Under the pieces are notes generated by a model. It saw only the letters and a list, made by a program, of their open reading frames with translations. It was not told the DNA's origin and did not search any database. The position numbers were made by a program, and so were the translations under genes. Shown here piece by piece: positions 24,501 to 36,682 of a stretch of 64,000 nucleotides of DNA (the first letter of the stretch is position 1; the number at the start of each line of letters is the position of its first letter). The DNA is taken from positions 24,244,001 to 24,308,000 of the forward strand of contig CM075987.1 in assembly GCA_038087875.1 (NCBI GenBank), in the 5' to 3' direction. Source of the stretch: Malacoraja senta (Eukaryota).

Positions 24501-26549
24501 CAGCATCTGTAGTTCCTTCCAACACTAACCCGGGACCGGGACTTCCAACATGTGAATCGGACTTGGGGGTGTTCTTTTCCCCCTCTTTTTTTTCTTTGTA
24601 ATAATATTTTTAAGGCAAAAGATTGACATATTAATGATTACAATAGACAATACACAATAGGTGCAGGAGTAGGCCATTCAGCCCTTCGAGCCAGCACCGC
24701 CATTCAATATGATCATGGCTGATCATCCCCAATCCTGCCTTCTCTCCATATCCCTTAACTCCGCTATCCCTAAGAGCTCTCTCTAACTGTGTCAGGGGTT
24801 ATGGGGAGAAGGCGGGAGAATGGGGTTGAGAGGGAGAGATAGATCAGCCGTGATTGCATGGCAGAGTAGACTTGATGGGCCGAATGGTCTAATTCTGCTC
24901 CGAGAACTTCTCAATGTATGGAAAGGGCGCCGAAATATGGTGACAGTGCCTTTGTGGGTCGTGCAAAAGAGTTTTGTGCTGTGCACACGTGACAATAAAG
25001 AACCATTGAACCATATGTGACTATTATTCGTGTTATTTTGAAATATCAAATATTGAGGGAACTCCCAATCTAAAGACCCAAATTGTGCAATGAAATACCA
25101 GGCGCATCGGAGCCATTGGTGAGAGGGCATCTTTGCTGATGCGGTTTTCAACTGCGAGTCTCAGCAATAGGCACAGGTATCAACTCTTCTCCGTTTTACT
25201 GACAGGGACCAGGCGTCCATGGGCGACACCCTGCGCGTCAAATTCATTCGTAAACAGTAAGTGACGAAGGGAAAATAAATACGAACTTTTTTTTGTTTTG
25301 TTTGCAATTTCCACTCCAAAGGAAAGGTGTAAGTGGGTGGATGCGATAATATCGCGGACAGCCTTTCCAGCGTCAGAATGAATAGTCAACGTTACTGATG
25401 CCCTCTGAAGTAGCACGATGAGCTAGCTGCGCGAAAACGCGTGAACGAAGCACATTCTTCACAAGCTGGGATTTAAAGTGCCGCGCTTGGTCGCATGGAG
25501 TTGCTTGAAGTTCTGCGCTTCCAGAACCTTCTTGCGTGTGTGACCTATCGGTGGGAATAAGGGTCGGACTCATTGATAGGGAGGGACACAAAAGGCGGGC
25601 CAGGCAGCATCTCTGGAGAGAAGGAATGGGTGACGTTTCGGGTCGAGACCCTTCTTCAGATTCTGACATTGGGATACCCTCGGACTATCTTCGACGGGAC
25701 GTTACCATAACACTAAACGTTATTCCCTTGATCTCGCATGTACACTGTGAATGGGCTCGAATGGAATCATTTCGCGGACTGGTTGGCGCGCATCAAAATT
25801 ATTTTCACTGAACCTCGGTGCACGGGCAATAAATTAAACTCAAAACTCTTAAGAGAGCAGGACCTCCTGGTGCGCGTCGGGGACAGAAATGATTGAAATC
25901 AGCATTGCTTGGAAATTGAACTAACGACTTTGTGCACATTCTGAATGAAACCGTCAACAGCTGATGCCACCGTGTTGAAATACTCTGGGAATTAAAGTAA
26001 GGGTAACCAATTCATTATAGATGTTAAACTTAACTTAGGTTCCTAAAGGTTATTTCGAACATGGTTCTAAAGAGAGTTCACCAAATTTCTTGACCGCAGC
26101 AGCATTGGACCATAATGACCACCTCACGACTTAAGGAAGCAGCACCTTGCTTTCGTTGGTGTTTAAGAAGGAACTGCAGATGCTGGAACAATCGAAGGTG
26201 GTCAAAAATGCTGGAGAAACTCAGCGGGTGAGGCAGCATCTATGGAGCGAAGGAAATAGGCGACGTTTCGGGTCGAGGCCTATTTCCTTTCGCTCCAGAG
26301 ATGCTGCCTCACCCGCTGAGTTTCTCCAGCATTTTATGTCCACCTTTGCTTCGTTGGTGGGTGGTTCAATCTATTGGCAACGAAATTAGTTCCAAGCAAT
26401 GTGTAGGAAGGAAGTGCGGATCCTGGTTTACACCGAAGCTGGAGTAACTCAGCGGGGCATATAGCATCTCTGGAGAGAATGTCACTTATTCCTTTTCTCC
26501 AGAGATGCTGCCTGACCCGCTGTTGCTCCAGCTTTCGGTGTCTATCTTA

Positions 26550-28773
26550 GTTCCAAGTAACGTTTTACTGGGGCAGCGGTATAACTAGTTTTCACACAGG
26601 GAAAAAAAAGGGGGTGGGCAGGAAAGCGTGCGTTTAGTGTATAACTAGTCTTTGGCTCGTTCTTAAAACGGTTCCTCTGCCGCCGCTGTTAAATAAAGCT
26701 CATCACCCGTTTGCTCCTTCGCGGTAGCGGGGGTGGGAGGGGAGGGGGGGGGGCGGCGATGTGACGCCGTTCTCATTGGCTTTCTATAATTTTCCTTTCA
26801 ATGCTCCGTGTGTATTGGAGGTTGGCGGTGTGGGAGGAACTCGGCTCGGACCAATACAGCGCCGGAGGTCCCGAAAAAGGTTCTTTTAACATCACAGGGC
26901 CTCCACAGATCTTAATTCCACACAACCTAGTGGCGGGTCTCAGCCTCTCCCGTTGCTCTGCAACTCGTTGCAAAGTCCCGCTCTTTGCGACTCGGAAGAG
27001 AGTGAGACTCAGCGCTCCCAGAACAATCAGCTCTGCGTTTAAATCAATCTTTCTTTTCTGCGGGTGGGGGGGGGGTGATTTGCATTTAGTTGCACAAGTC
27101 ATCGGTTGTGGAGGACACATCTTTTGTCATTCGGCTTTAAGATAAACCACGATTGTTTATTCTTTATTCATCCCCACTCGCTTTCACCTCCACTCGCTCG
27201 CCGGTAATCGGACACCTCGCATTGAAAATAAAACCGTATCGTTTACCCCCCCCCCCCCCACCCCCCATAGTTCAATCTCACCAGTTTGTATAAATGAAAT
27301 AGAGATTCTGCAAAATAAATGCAACATGTTCAGGTGGGGGTAAAGTACTAGCTGTCTGGATCCCACCCGGAGAGCGCTTTCGCTTTCAGCGTTAAGGTCA
27401 AATCAAGCGAAGCGCTCACTCAGTGAAAAGCGCCTTTCACCGAAAAGGAAACCCAAATATTTCTGATCGAGATCTCCCTTTTACTCTCAGTCCCGGGACT
27501 TGTTCCCGGTCGGATGAAAGCTCTCTTAGACGGGGCTTGGTTCGGCGCGTTTGAAGAAGTGAAATTTCCAAGGGAATTGCATCTGGAGCCGCTGACGTGC
27601 ACGTTAAAAGCGCCCCACACGCCCCCCCCCCCCACCCCAGTCCCACACGCTCCACTCCAGCCAACAATACACACCGGGAAGCCGCTGCCTGCCTCCCTCA
27701 CGGGTACCTGTGGCTAAAACTCGGTTAGAAACCACACAGACACACAGAGACACACAGAGACACAGACTCACACACACAGACACACACACACACACAGACA
27801 CACTAACATACACACACACACACACAAGGCACACGCACTCACACACACACACAGACACAGACACAGACACAGACACACACAGACACACACAGACACACAC
27901 ACACACACAGACACACTCACAGACACACTAACATACACATACACACACACACAAGGCACACGCACTCACACACACACACAGAGAAACGGACACACGCACA
28001 CTCTCACACAGACAGACACACACACTCTCACACAGACAGACACACACACTCTCACACAGACAGACACACACACACACTCTCACACACACAGTCCCATACA
28101 TCGAAGTGTGAAGCGTTTAAAGGCATAAGTACAACAATAATGAGCAAAAATAACAGAGACAAAGCAACAAACAGCACACTAATGAGAAACATCGCCCGCT
28201 CTCTCCTTCTCTCACTTGTCGCTCCAGTATGCACCGTCATGTGAGATTATATTTATTTCAATAAACGCAATAATGCAACTTTAGAGGGAGATTCGCCAGC
28301 CCGCCTCTCGGTTCAAGACGGTGACCGAATCTTGCGTTGGAGTGTGTCACACGTTCCAACACCAGCCCAAACCACGTCTCCCTGACTTGCTCGGGGTACC
28401 TCGGGCCAGTCCGTGGAGGGATAAAAGTAGGGACTGATTGAATGATGAGTGTTACTAGAACCCTCTCAATGGGGACACTAGGAAGGTGCGCTTTCGCTGG
28501 TGCGGGCTGATAAATTAGCATATCCTTGTTTACCCATCTCCGGTCCGTGCGTATTTGAGAGGGGGGGGGGGGAGGCAAGAAAGGGGGTCGTGTCTTATTA
28601 AGAAAAAAGGTTCTGTGTAACGGGATCATTGTGTTTGAGGCGGTAGAAGAGGAAAGTCGTAAGCGAGAGAGAGAGAGAGAGAGAGGGAGCGAGAGAGCGA
28701 AAGAGAGAGAGAGAGTCAAAGAGAGAAGGGGGGGGAGTGAGTGAGAGGGACACAGAGGAGGCAAAAGATTGTA
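26550..28773 (+). promoter_or_regulatory. CpG-rich, transposon-poor PAPPA promoter / 5'UTR region
   Basis: CpG density is visibly raised. CCAAT motifs near 26775, 26814 and 26851, G-runs, an octamer-like ATTAGCAT near 28515 and a GA-repeat leader (28663-28745) just before the ATG. The TSS cannot be determined from sequence. Confidence 0.55.
27733..28090. repeat. CA/CAGA-rich compound microsatellite upstream of PAPPA
   Basis: Seen directly, with an internal duplicated block. Confidence 0.9.
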
Positions 28774-29022
28774 ATGAAGATGAAAGTTTGGAGTTTGCTG
28801 TCCACTCTCTGTATCTTAGCCCTGGCTATGGGTCGGAGTGCGACGGGCCACAAGACAGGTCAGCCCCAGCGCTCCAAGCGTGCGCTCCGGCTGGCTGTGG
28901 ATCACCGGGCTGGCCCCGGGACCGACCCAACCGGCTCGTGTGGCACCAGGGTTACCCGCGGCTAGCGAGCGGTGCCCCGGCCGCGCTCGGACCATCCACT
29001 CAGGCAGATGCCGCCTTCATAT

Positions 29023-29063
<41 letters not shown>

Positions 29064-29219
29064 GTCAGCCCGCGACCGCAACCCGGGCAAATTGCTCTAC
29101 TTCGCCGGCACCGGCAACCAGCTGCGACTACGGACTACACCGAGATCCCCCGCAGCGATTCACCCTGGAAGTCAGGGTGAAACCAGAAGGAGGGCAACGT
29201 TCGCCAGCTGTCATTGCAG
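28774..29219 (+). CDS. PAPPA: PAPPA (pappalysin-1) coding exon 1: signal peptide, propeptide and start of the laminin-G-like domain; reading frame disrupted as assembled
   Basis: ATG at 28774 opens MKMKVWSLLSTLCILALAMG (signal peptide), then RSKR and SCGTRVTRG (cf. human TCATRAARG). Later come LLYFAGTGNQLRLR, EIPRSD and FTLEVRVKPEGGQRSPAVIAG (cf. human ALYFSGRGEQLRLR..ELPRDAFTLQVWLRAEGGQRSPAVITG, recalled), split over three frames. TAG at 28963-28965. Donor GCAG|GTAAG at 29219/29220, phase 1. Confidence 0.88.
29023..29061 (+). repeat. (CAG)13 trinucleotide repeat inside the PAPPA propeptide coding region
   Basis: 13 consecutive CAG counted directly. Confidence 0.95.
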
Positions 29220-29270
29220 GTAAGGTGCCAACTAGCCAACTAGCAAAGGTGAATTATAACCACGCACAGA

Positions 29271-29470
29271 NNNNNNNNNNNNNNNNNNNNNNNNNNNNNN
29301 NNNNNNNNNNNNNNNNNNNNNNNNNNNNNNNNNNNNNNNNNNNNNNNNNNNNNNNNNNNNNNNNNNNNNNNNNNNNNNNNNNNNNNNNNNNNNNNNNNNN
29401 NNNNNNNNNNNNNNNNNNNNNNNNNNNNNNNNNNNNNNNNNNNNNNNNNNNNNNNNNNNNNNNNNNNNNN
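29271..29470. other. Assembly gap (200 N)
   Basis: Fixed-length N run starting 52 bp after the last base of PAPPA exon 1. Confidence 0.99.
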
Positions 29471-30681
29471 GTGGAGGTGGTTGAGGCTGGGACTATCCCA
29501 ACGTTTAAGAAACAGTTAGACAGGTACATGGATAGGACAGGTTTGGAGGGATATGGGCCAAATGCAGGCAGGTGGGACTAGTGTAGCTGGGACATGTTGG
29601 CCGGCGTGGGCAAGTTGGGCCGAAGGGCCTGTTTCCATGCTGTATCACTCTATGATTCTATGCCACAGTCTAATCTGCAGGCTTTCATTATTTGTCCTTC
29701 TTGCTTCTCTGTCAGCTTGGAGCAGGATCTCTCAACACTCAGGTGGGTTGGTTCCCTCAGGTGCTTCCTTCATCCTTTCAAAAACAACGCACTGGTGCAC
29801 TTGCACGCACACACACACACACACATCTACTCATTCTTCCTCGGGCAATTTTCCTGCCCTCCTGTCCATTGGAGGTGGTGTCAGAGTAATCGGTTCATGG
29901 ACAACTGACTCACGCGAAGATGCGAGGAATGGAAAAAAAAGATCAGTGGAACCTCTGCACCTTAAGCAGCTGGTAACGGCATGACAGCATATTTTATGCA
30001 TGTCAGACCCGTGTGAGCCCACAGCGTAGTGTTGGCATTACACATATGTGGAAATCAGTCCGCACTCATTTGTAAGCTCTCAAAGTAATTTGTTTCAGAG
30101 TCTGCCACTATGTCTGTTATGAATCCAACTATTTATACTATCTAGGTCAAGCAAACTACAATGATATCACAACTGAGAAAACAGGTTATTTATAGCGATG
30201 ACATATTCCACACAGGAGGTGCCACCTAAGTGCGTGTGTTACTATGTGCTTCTTTTGGACAAGTGATATCAGACTTTACTGCTCCAGTGGGATGAGTGTT
30301 CACTGTAGGCGACCAGCAGGCCAGATTTCCAGACAGAGGTATCGATGCCTACTCTGTTTCCAGTATTAAATCTCCTTTGATAGATACACAATGCTGGAGT
30401 AACTCAGCGGGACAGGCAGCGTCTCTGGAGAGAAGGAATGGGGGATGTTTCAGGTTGAGACCCTTCTTCAGACAACACTGGGAGGAGGGAACATGAGCCA
30501 CTGTTCATAAGGTCATAGGTGATAGGAGCAGAATTAGGCCACTCGGCCCATCTAGTCCACTCCGCCATTCAATCATGGCTGATCGATCTTTCCCTCTCAA
30601 CCACATCCCCCTGCCTTCTCCCCATAACCCCTGACACTGATCCTGGTCCGGATCACACAGAAGGTGATATTTGTCAGGAAA

Positions 30682-31813
30682 AGTGTGTGTGAGAGAGTGT
30701 GTGTGTGTGTGTGTCTGTCTGTGTGTGCATGAAAGAGTGTGAGTGTGTGCGTGTGGGAGTGTGTGTATGTGTGCGAATTGTGTGAGTGTGTGTGAGAGTG
30801 TGTGTGAGTATGTGTGAGAGTGTGTGCGTGTGTGCGTGTGAGAGTGTGTGTGAGTATGTGTGAGAGTGTGTGAGAGTGTGTGCGTGTGAGAGTGTGTGTA
30901 TGTGTGTGAAGTGTGTGTGAGAGAGATTGAGTGTGTGTGAGTGTGTCAGTGTGTGTGAGTGTGTGTGCATGTGAGAGTGTGTGTATGTATGTGAGAGTGT
31001 GTGTGTGAATGAGAGAGAGAGAGAGAGTGTGTGTGTGAGGGTGAGGGTGTGTGCGTGCGTGAGAGAGAGTAATAGCGTGTGTGTGTGAGTGTTTGTGTGC
31101 GGGTGTGTATGTGTGTGAGAGTGTGTGCGTGTGTGAGAGAGTGAGAGAGAGAGAGTGTGTTTGTGTGTGAGTGTGTGTGAGTGCGTGAGAGAACATGTGT
31201 GTGAGGGTGTGTATGTGTGTGAGAGTGTGTGTGAGAGAGAGTGATAGCGTGTGTGTGTGAGTGTTTGTGTGTGAGAGTGTGTATGTGTGTGAGAGTGTGT
31301 GTGAGAGAGAGTGATAGCGTGTGTGTGTGAGTGTTTGTGTGTGAGGGTGTGTATGTGTGTGAGTGTGTGCGTGCGTGAGAGTGAGCGTGTATGTGAGTGT
31401 TTGTGTGTGAGGCGTGTGCGTGTGTGAGGGCGTGTGCGTGTGTGAGTGTGTGCGTGTGTGAGAGTGTGTATGTGTGTGAGAGTGTGTGTGAGAGAGAGTG
31501 ATAGCGTGTGTGTGTGAGTGTTTGTGTGTGAGAGTGTGTATGTGTGTGAGTGTGTGCGTGTGTGAGAGTGAGCGTGTATGTGAGTGTTTGTGTGTGAGGG
31601 TGTGTATGTGTGTGAGGGCGTGTGCGTGTGTGAGTGTGTGCGTGTGTGAGTGTGTGTATGTGTGTGAGAGTGTGTGTGAGAGAGAGTGATAGCGTGTGTG
31701 TGTGAGTGTTTGTGTGTGAGGGTGTGTATGTGTGTGAGTGTGTGCGTGCGTGAGAGTGAGCGTGTATGTGAGTGTTTGTGTGTGAGGGCGTGTGCGTGTG
31801 TGAGGGCGTGTGC

Positions 31814-31844
<31 letters not shown>

Positions 31845-31858
31845 TGAGTGTGTGTGCG
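30682..31858. repeat. 1.2-kb GT/GA compound microsatellite with higher-order repeats in PAPPA intron 1
   Basis: Recurring GAGAGAGTGATAGCGTGTGTG and GTGAGCGTGTATGTGAG blocks. Confidence 0.92.
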
Positions 31859-34319
31859 CATATCGGATTAGGACAGTAATTCACCAATCTCTGTTGCTTC
31901 CCCACTTTGCAACATAACATCTCTACCAACCCCAACCTCCTTCCCTGCCCCCACCATGGCTGAATAATCCCACCATAGAGCCCAGTGTTGGCAACTGCAG
32001 TAGCTCAATGAATTGGTGTCCAGCCCCTATCTTTCACACAGAGTCCAGCTGCAATCAGTCCCTTAAAACAAAGAGAGTGAGAGAATTGGAACAAGGAAGA
32101 AGTTGACTCATTAAATGCCACGGGATTTATTCTTGAAAGCTGTATTTAGACGTTCTGGTGATCATCAAAGACACACAGAGGAATGTTTGTTTTTTCTATG
32201 TAATGGTCTCTCGATGAAAAACATTTAAACAAATGTTGGTGCCATATGCACCACCAGGCCCTCTCAACTTCCCACTATTGCTTAACTCTTGGAAATCTGG
32301 AAAAGTGCATTATTTTCTTGCAAATGGCCAAAAGCTCTACTGTTGGACATTGTACAATTTCTATAGCAAAAATGCTAGCCACATGTTTCAAGGTATGTCT
32401 TTTAAAATGAGCTCAGCGCAAATTGTTTTTGAATTGGCTGGCAAAGATGATACCGTGGCGCAGCGGTAGAGTTGCTGCCTCACAGCGCCAGGGACCCGGT
32501 TTCGATCCCGACTACGGGTGCTTGTCTGTACGGAGTTTGTACGTTCTCCCCGTGACCTGCGTGGGTTTTCTCCGAGAACTCCCACACTCCAAAGACGTGC
32601 AGGTTCGCAGGTTAATTGGCTTGGTATAAATGTAAAGATTGTCCCTAGTGTTAATGTGCGGGCGATCGCTGGTCGGTGCGGACTCGGTGGGCCGAGGAGC
32701 TTTGTTTTCGCGCTGTGTACCTCGCAACTAGACAAAGAATCAGTGCGGATCTGAGTGGAAGGAGGAATTGTTAATGGTGAAAGCCGTGACTTCATGAGGA
32801 AGTTCCAGCTCCTTGCGAACGATGCCTTCTAGGTGCAAATCTTTCCGTTTAAACTTCCAGAAATAGTGCAACAATGATTGTCACTGGAGTGTTTACATGG
32901 GCTGTGAAGCTGTTGGAAAGCATTTGACACTGTGTAAAATGATGGAGTGGAACTCACTGGTTTACAGGCTGCAGATAATCTATTTCATTTGTAATCGCCA
33001 GTCTCGTTTGGTCTTCACATTCATTTGCAGTGTTTGACAAACACTTTCTCAACTTCATTGACTGATTCTGGAATTCACACGCAAATCTAGCACGTCTGAA
33101 GCTAAAGTAAGCATTTTTCACCTGTACTATATGAGGTCACTCCAAACAGTCTGCCAAGAAAAGTCAGTAAAACGCTGAACTGGTTTTATTTGTAGTGGAA
33201 GCTATAAAACGCAATAGGGTGCAATTAGTAGAGCATACTTAGTAAAGAATTGGGGTGGTAGTGCACCTATTCCTAGGTCATTACAAGTGGACACAGTGCT
33301 TTGAAATGGTTAAGAAGGAACTGCAGATGCTGGAAAATCGAAGGTAGACAAAAGTGCTGGAAAAATCGAAGGTCGAGTCTGAAGGAGGGTTTCGGCCCGA
33401 AACAATGCCTATTTCCTTCGCTCCATAGATGCTGCCTCACCCGCTGAGTTTCTCCAGCACTTTTGTCTAGCTTTGAAATGGTGTTGTGGTGCATGTGTGG
33501 GGAAAAGCATGTCGGGTACCACTCTGGTGAGAGAGGTATTGTTCCCATGTTGTATGTCTGAAGGAAGGATGGCGTGCTGAAAGAACACAACGTTATTTAG
33601 TGAAAGTGCTGCCATTTTAACACTAATTTGACCGTTAGTTTAGTTTAGACAAACAGCGCTGAAACAGGCCCTTCTGCCCACTGAGTCTGTGCCGACCAGC
33701 GATCACCCGGTACACTAACACTAACCTACACACACACTAGGGACAATTTACAATTTTTACCGAAGCCAATTAACCTACAAACCTGTACGTCTTTGGAGTG
33801 TGGGGTTTAAACCGGAGCACCCGGAGAAAACCCACGCAGGTCTCGGGGGGAACGTCCAAACTCCGTACAGACAGCACCCGTAGTCAGGATCAAACCCGGG
33901 TCCCTGGTGCTGTAAGGCAGCAACTCTACTATTACACCACTGTACTGAACTTTAACGATGTGTTGAACAAAGGACTGCCATCAATGATGTTCAAAGCTAC
34001 CAAGAACTAATACACACAAGGACACAACGTGCTGGAGTAACTTAGGCGGGTCAGGCAGCCACAAAGCATTAGAACAAAATATCTGCGTGTGCCATAGTAT
34101 GTTCCAAGCGGTGCAGCTGGATTCACTGGAGGTGGTCTTGGCTAAGCATCCTGGACAATACAGCTCACCCCCGCCATGACACACGGGTCAACTTGAGGAG
34201 CACCTTCAGCAACAGACTGGTTCCACCAAGATGCAGCACAGAACGCCACAGGAGAATCCTTCTTCCCTGTGGCTATCAAACTGTACAGCTCGTCCCCCAT
34301 CTGTCATGGGGTAGACTGA

Positions 34320-34680
34320 AAGGGGTGGAGATGGGAAGATGTGGCCAGTGGTGGGATCCCGCTGGAGGTGGCGAAAAGGTCAGAGGATTATGTGCTGTAT
34401 GCGACGGCTGATGGGGTGGAAGGTGAGGACAAGTTACAACTGGGGGAGGGGGAGCGAGAGCGCACCTGCGGGATATCGAGAAGACACGAGTGAGGACCTC
34501 ATCTATGATGGAGGAGGGGAAGCCCCCCTGTTCCCTAAGGAATGAGGACATCTCCAATGTCCTGGTATGGAACACCTTATCTTGGGTGCAGACGGAGGAA
34601 TTGGGAGTTGGGGATAGTCTTTATAAGAGGCAGGGTGGGAAGAAGTGTAGTCTGGATAGCTGTGGGGAGGCAGAGGTTTA
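34320..34680 (-). mobile_element. Penelope-like ORF fragment (region after RT); related inverted pair at about 53600-53930 and GIY-YIG piece at 59690-59792 (-)
   Basis: FHTRTLEMSSFLREQGGFPSSIIDEVLTRV and LTFHP-like stretches typical of PLE ORFs. The 53760-53930 + piece repeats the same sequence. Confidence 0.7.
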
Positions 34681-36261
34681 TTGGAGGTAGATGGGAGGTC
34701 AGTACTGTGCTGTAGCTGGTGAGAACATGGTGGGACAATCAGTTGATGTTCGATGTTGAGAATCATTGACAAAATGGTCACGTGTGTGAAGAATTAGTAG
34801 GCAGTCAGTGGTCTTGCAAATGCATCCATTGGGATGATATAATGATTTTAACATAAAAATAATTTAATTAACTCCAATCCAGTTGGCAACCGGCAGGATT
34901 GGTTGCCTTATCTACGTCAATGCTGTCAGCCAGCATCCTACCGAGTGGATGAGGTTAATACAAAATATGACTTTTGTGGATTTTATTTATCGCCAGCAGA
35001 GATTCCTGGCAGCACTTTCCGTTTTTTACCCTTCATCAGAAGGGCGTGTTTGCATTGCAAGTTTAACAAAGCTGCAAGTCCTTTCCCAACTCAAAATCTA
35101 CGTTAGCAACCTACGCTTCACTACGTGACCCGAGATGGGCGAGAACGTAAGTGCCTCCACAGTAGGAGCATGAAGAGGTGCATTGAGCCTTTTCATTGAG
35201 TCAGCAAGATCCAGAATTTCATTTTGTTTCCCAGGTCTTACATAGAAAATAGGTGCAGGAGGAGGCCATTAGGCCCTTTGAGCCAGCACATTAGGCCCTT
35301 TGAGCCAGCAATCAGCCATTCATTGCGATCATGGCTGATCGTCCCCAATCAATAACCCGTGTCTGCCTTCTCCCCATATCCCCTGACTCCATCAGCCCCT
35401 AGAGCTCTATCTAACTCCATACTGGCTTTCTCCAGTATATCTGTGCTCTCAAAGCACATTAATATTCTTCACACTGGAGTCCTATCAATCTCATGCGCTT
35501 TTGATACCACTCATTACTATACTCTGGAGGAACTGTTTACAATAGAACATAGAACGATACAGACAGAGATAAAAAGCTGGAGTAACTCAACGGGACGGGC
35601 AGCATCTCTGGAGAGAAGGAATGGGTGACTTGCTTTCCCTCTCTCTCCATCCCCTCCCCCTTACCAGTTCTCCGACCAGTCTTCCTGTCTCCCACTCCAT
35701 TTATCTCTGTTGGCTTTGTTGTTACCTTCTCCCAACTAACAATGATCTATTCTACATTTTCCTCGATCTCTATTCCCTTTGTCCTGTTTTCACACCTTAC
35801 ACTTCCTTATCTATACACTTCCTTATCTATACACTTCCTTATCTATGTACCGCCCACTCCCCTGACATCAGTCTGAAGAAGGGTCTTGACCTGAAACGCC
35901 ACCCATTCCTTCTCTCCAGAGATGCTGCCTGTCCCGCTGAGTTACTCCAGTTTTATGTGTCTATCTCCGATTTAATCCGGCATCCGCAGTTCCTTCCTAC
36001 ATAGAATGATACAGTGCAGGAACAAGCCCTTCAGTCCACAATGACCATGCCGAACATGATGCCAGGTTAATCTCCTCTGCCTGCACATGTGATCCATATC
36101 CATCCATCCCACCCTATCTAAATACTTCTTCAATGCCCCGATTGTATCTGCCTCCACCACCACGCCTGGCAGCCATTGGAACCTTTGGCAGCAGTTCAAA
36201 TCTCTGGCAGCATCTTCCGGCCCCTGCCAGAGCGTTCCATCTCCTGTTAGCGCTTTCCAAT

Positions 36262-36682
36262 ATTATTCTCCCTTCCATTGACTCCATCTATACGTCACGC
36301 TACCTTGGCAAGGCTACCAGCATAATCATGGACAAGTCTCACCCCGGTCACTCCTTCTTCTCCCGCCTCCCATCAGGCAAGAGGTACGGAGATTTGGAAA
36401 TGCATACTTCCCGATTCAGGGGCAGTTTCTTCCCAGCTGCTATCAGGCAACTGAACCATCATCCCACCAGCTAGAGCACGGTACGGGCCTCCATCTACCT
36501 CGTTGTGACCTTTCAACAATCTTTACTCGGCCTTTAACTTGCACTAAATGTTGTGCCCATTATCCTTCACCAGTACATGGTGGGCAACTCATGTATAGCC
36601 TTTCCGTTGACTGAACAGCACGCAACAAAAAGTTTTCCACTGTACCTCAGTACACATGACAATAATAAGCTAAACTGAATTA
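36262..36682 (+). mobile_element. Rex1/Babar-clade LINE 3' fragment (shorter tails at about 3355-3620-, 3715-3955-, 18310-18620+, 34110-34315+, 62085-62250+, 62720-63010+)
   Basis: LPSIDSIYTSR..DKSHPGHSFFSRLPSGKRY..TSRFRGSFFPAAIRQLN, then a 3'UTR ending TGTACCTCGGTACAC.TGACAATAAA(CTAAA)n. Confidence 0.75.

Noticed and set aside
28963..28965. Programmed stop-codon readthrough or recoding in PAPPA
   Set aside because: It is TAG, not a Sec UGA, and further frameshifts would also need recoding. Clustering at a contig end points to sequence error.
30597..31935. Long His/Thr-rich ORFs (also 12764-13236 and 27604-27965)
   Set aside because: Translations of CA/GT microsatellites.
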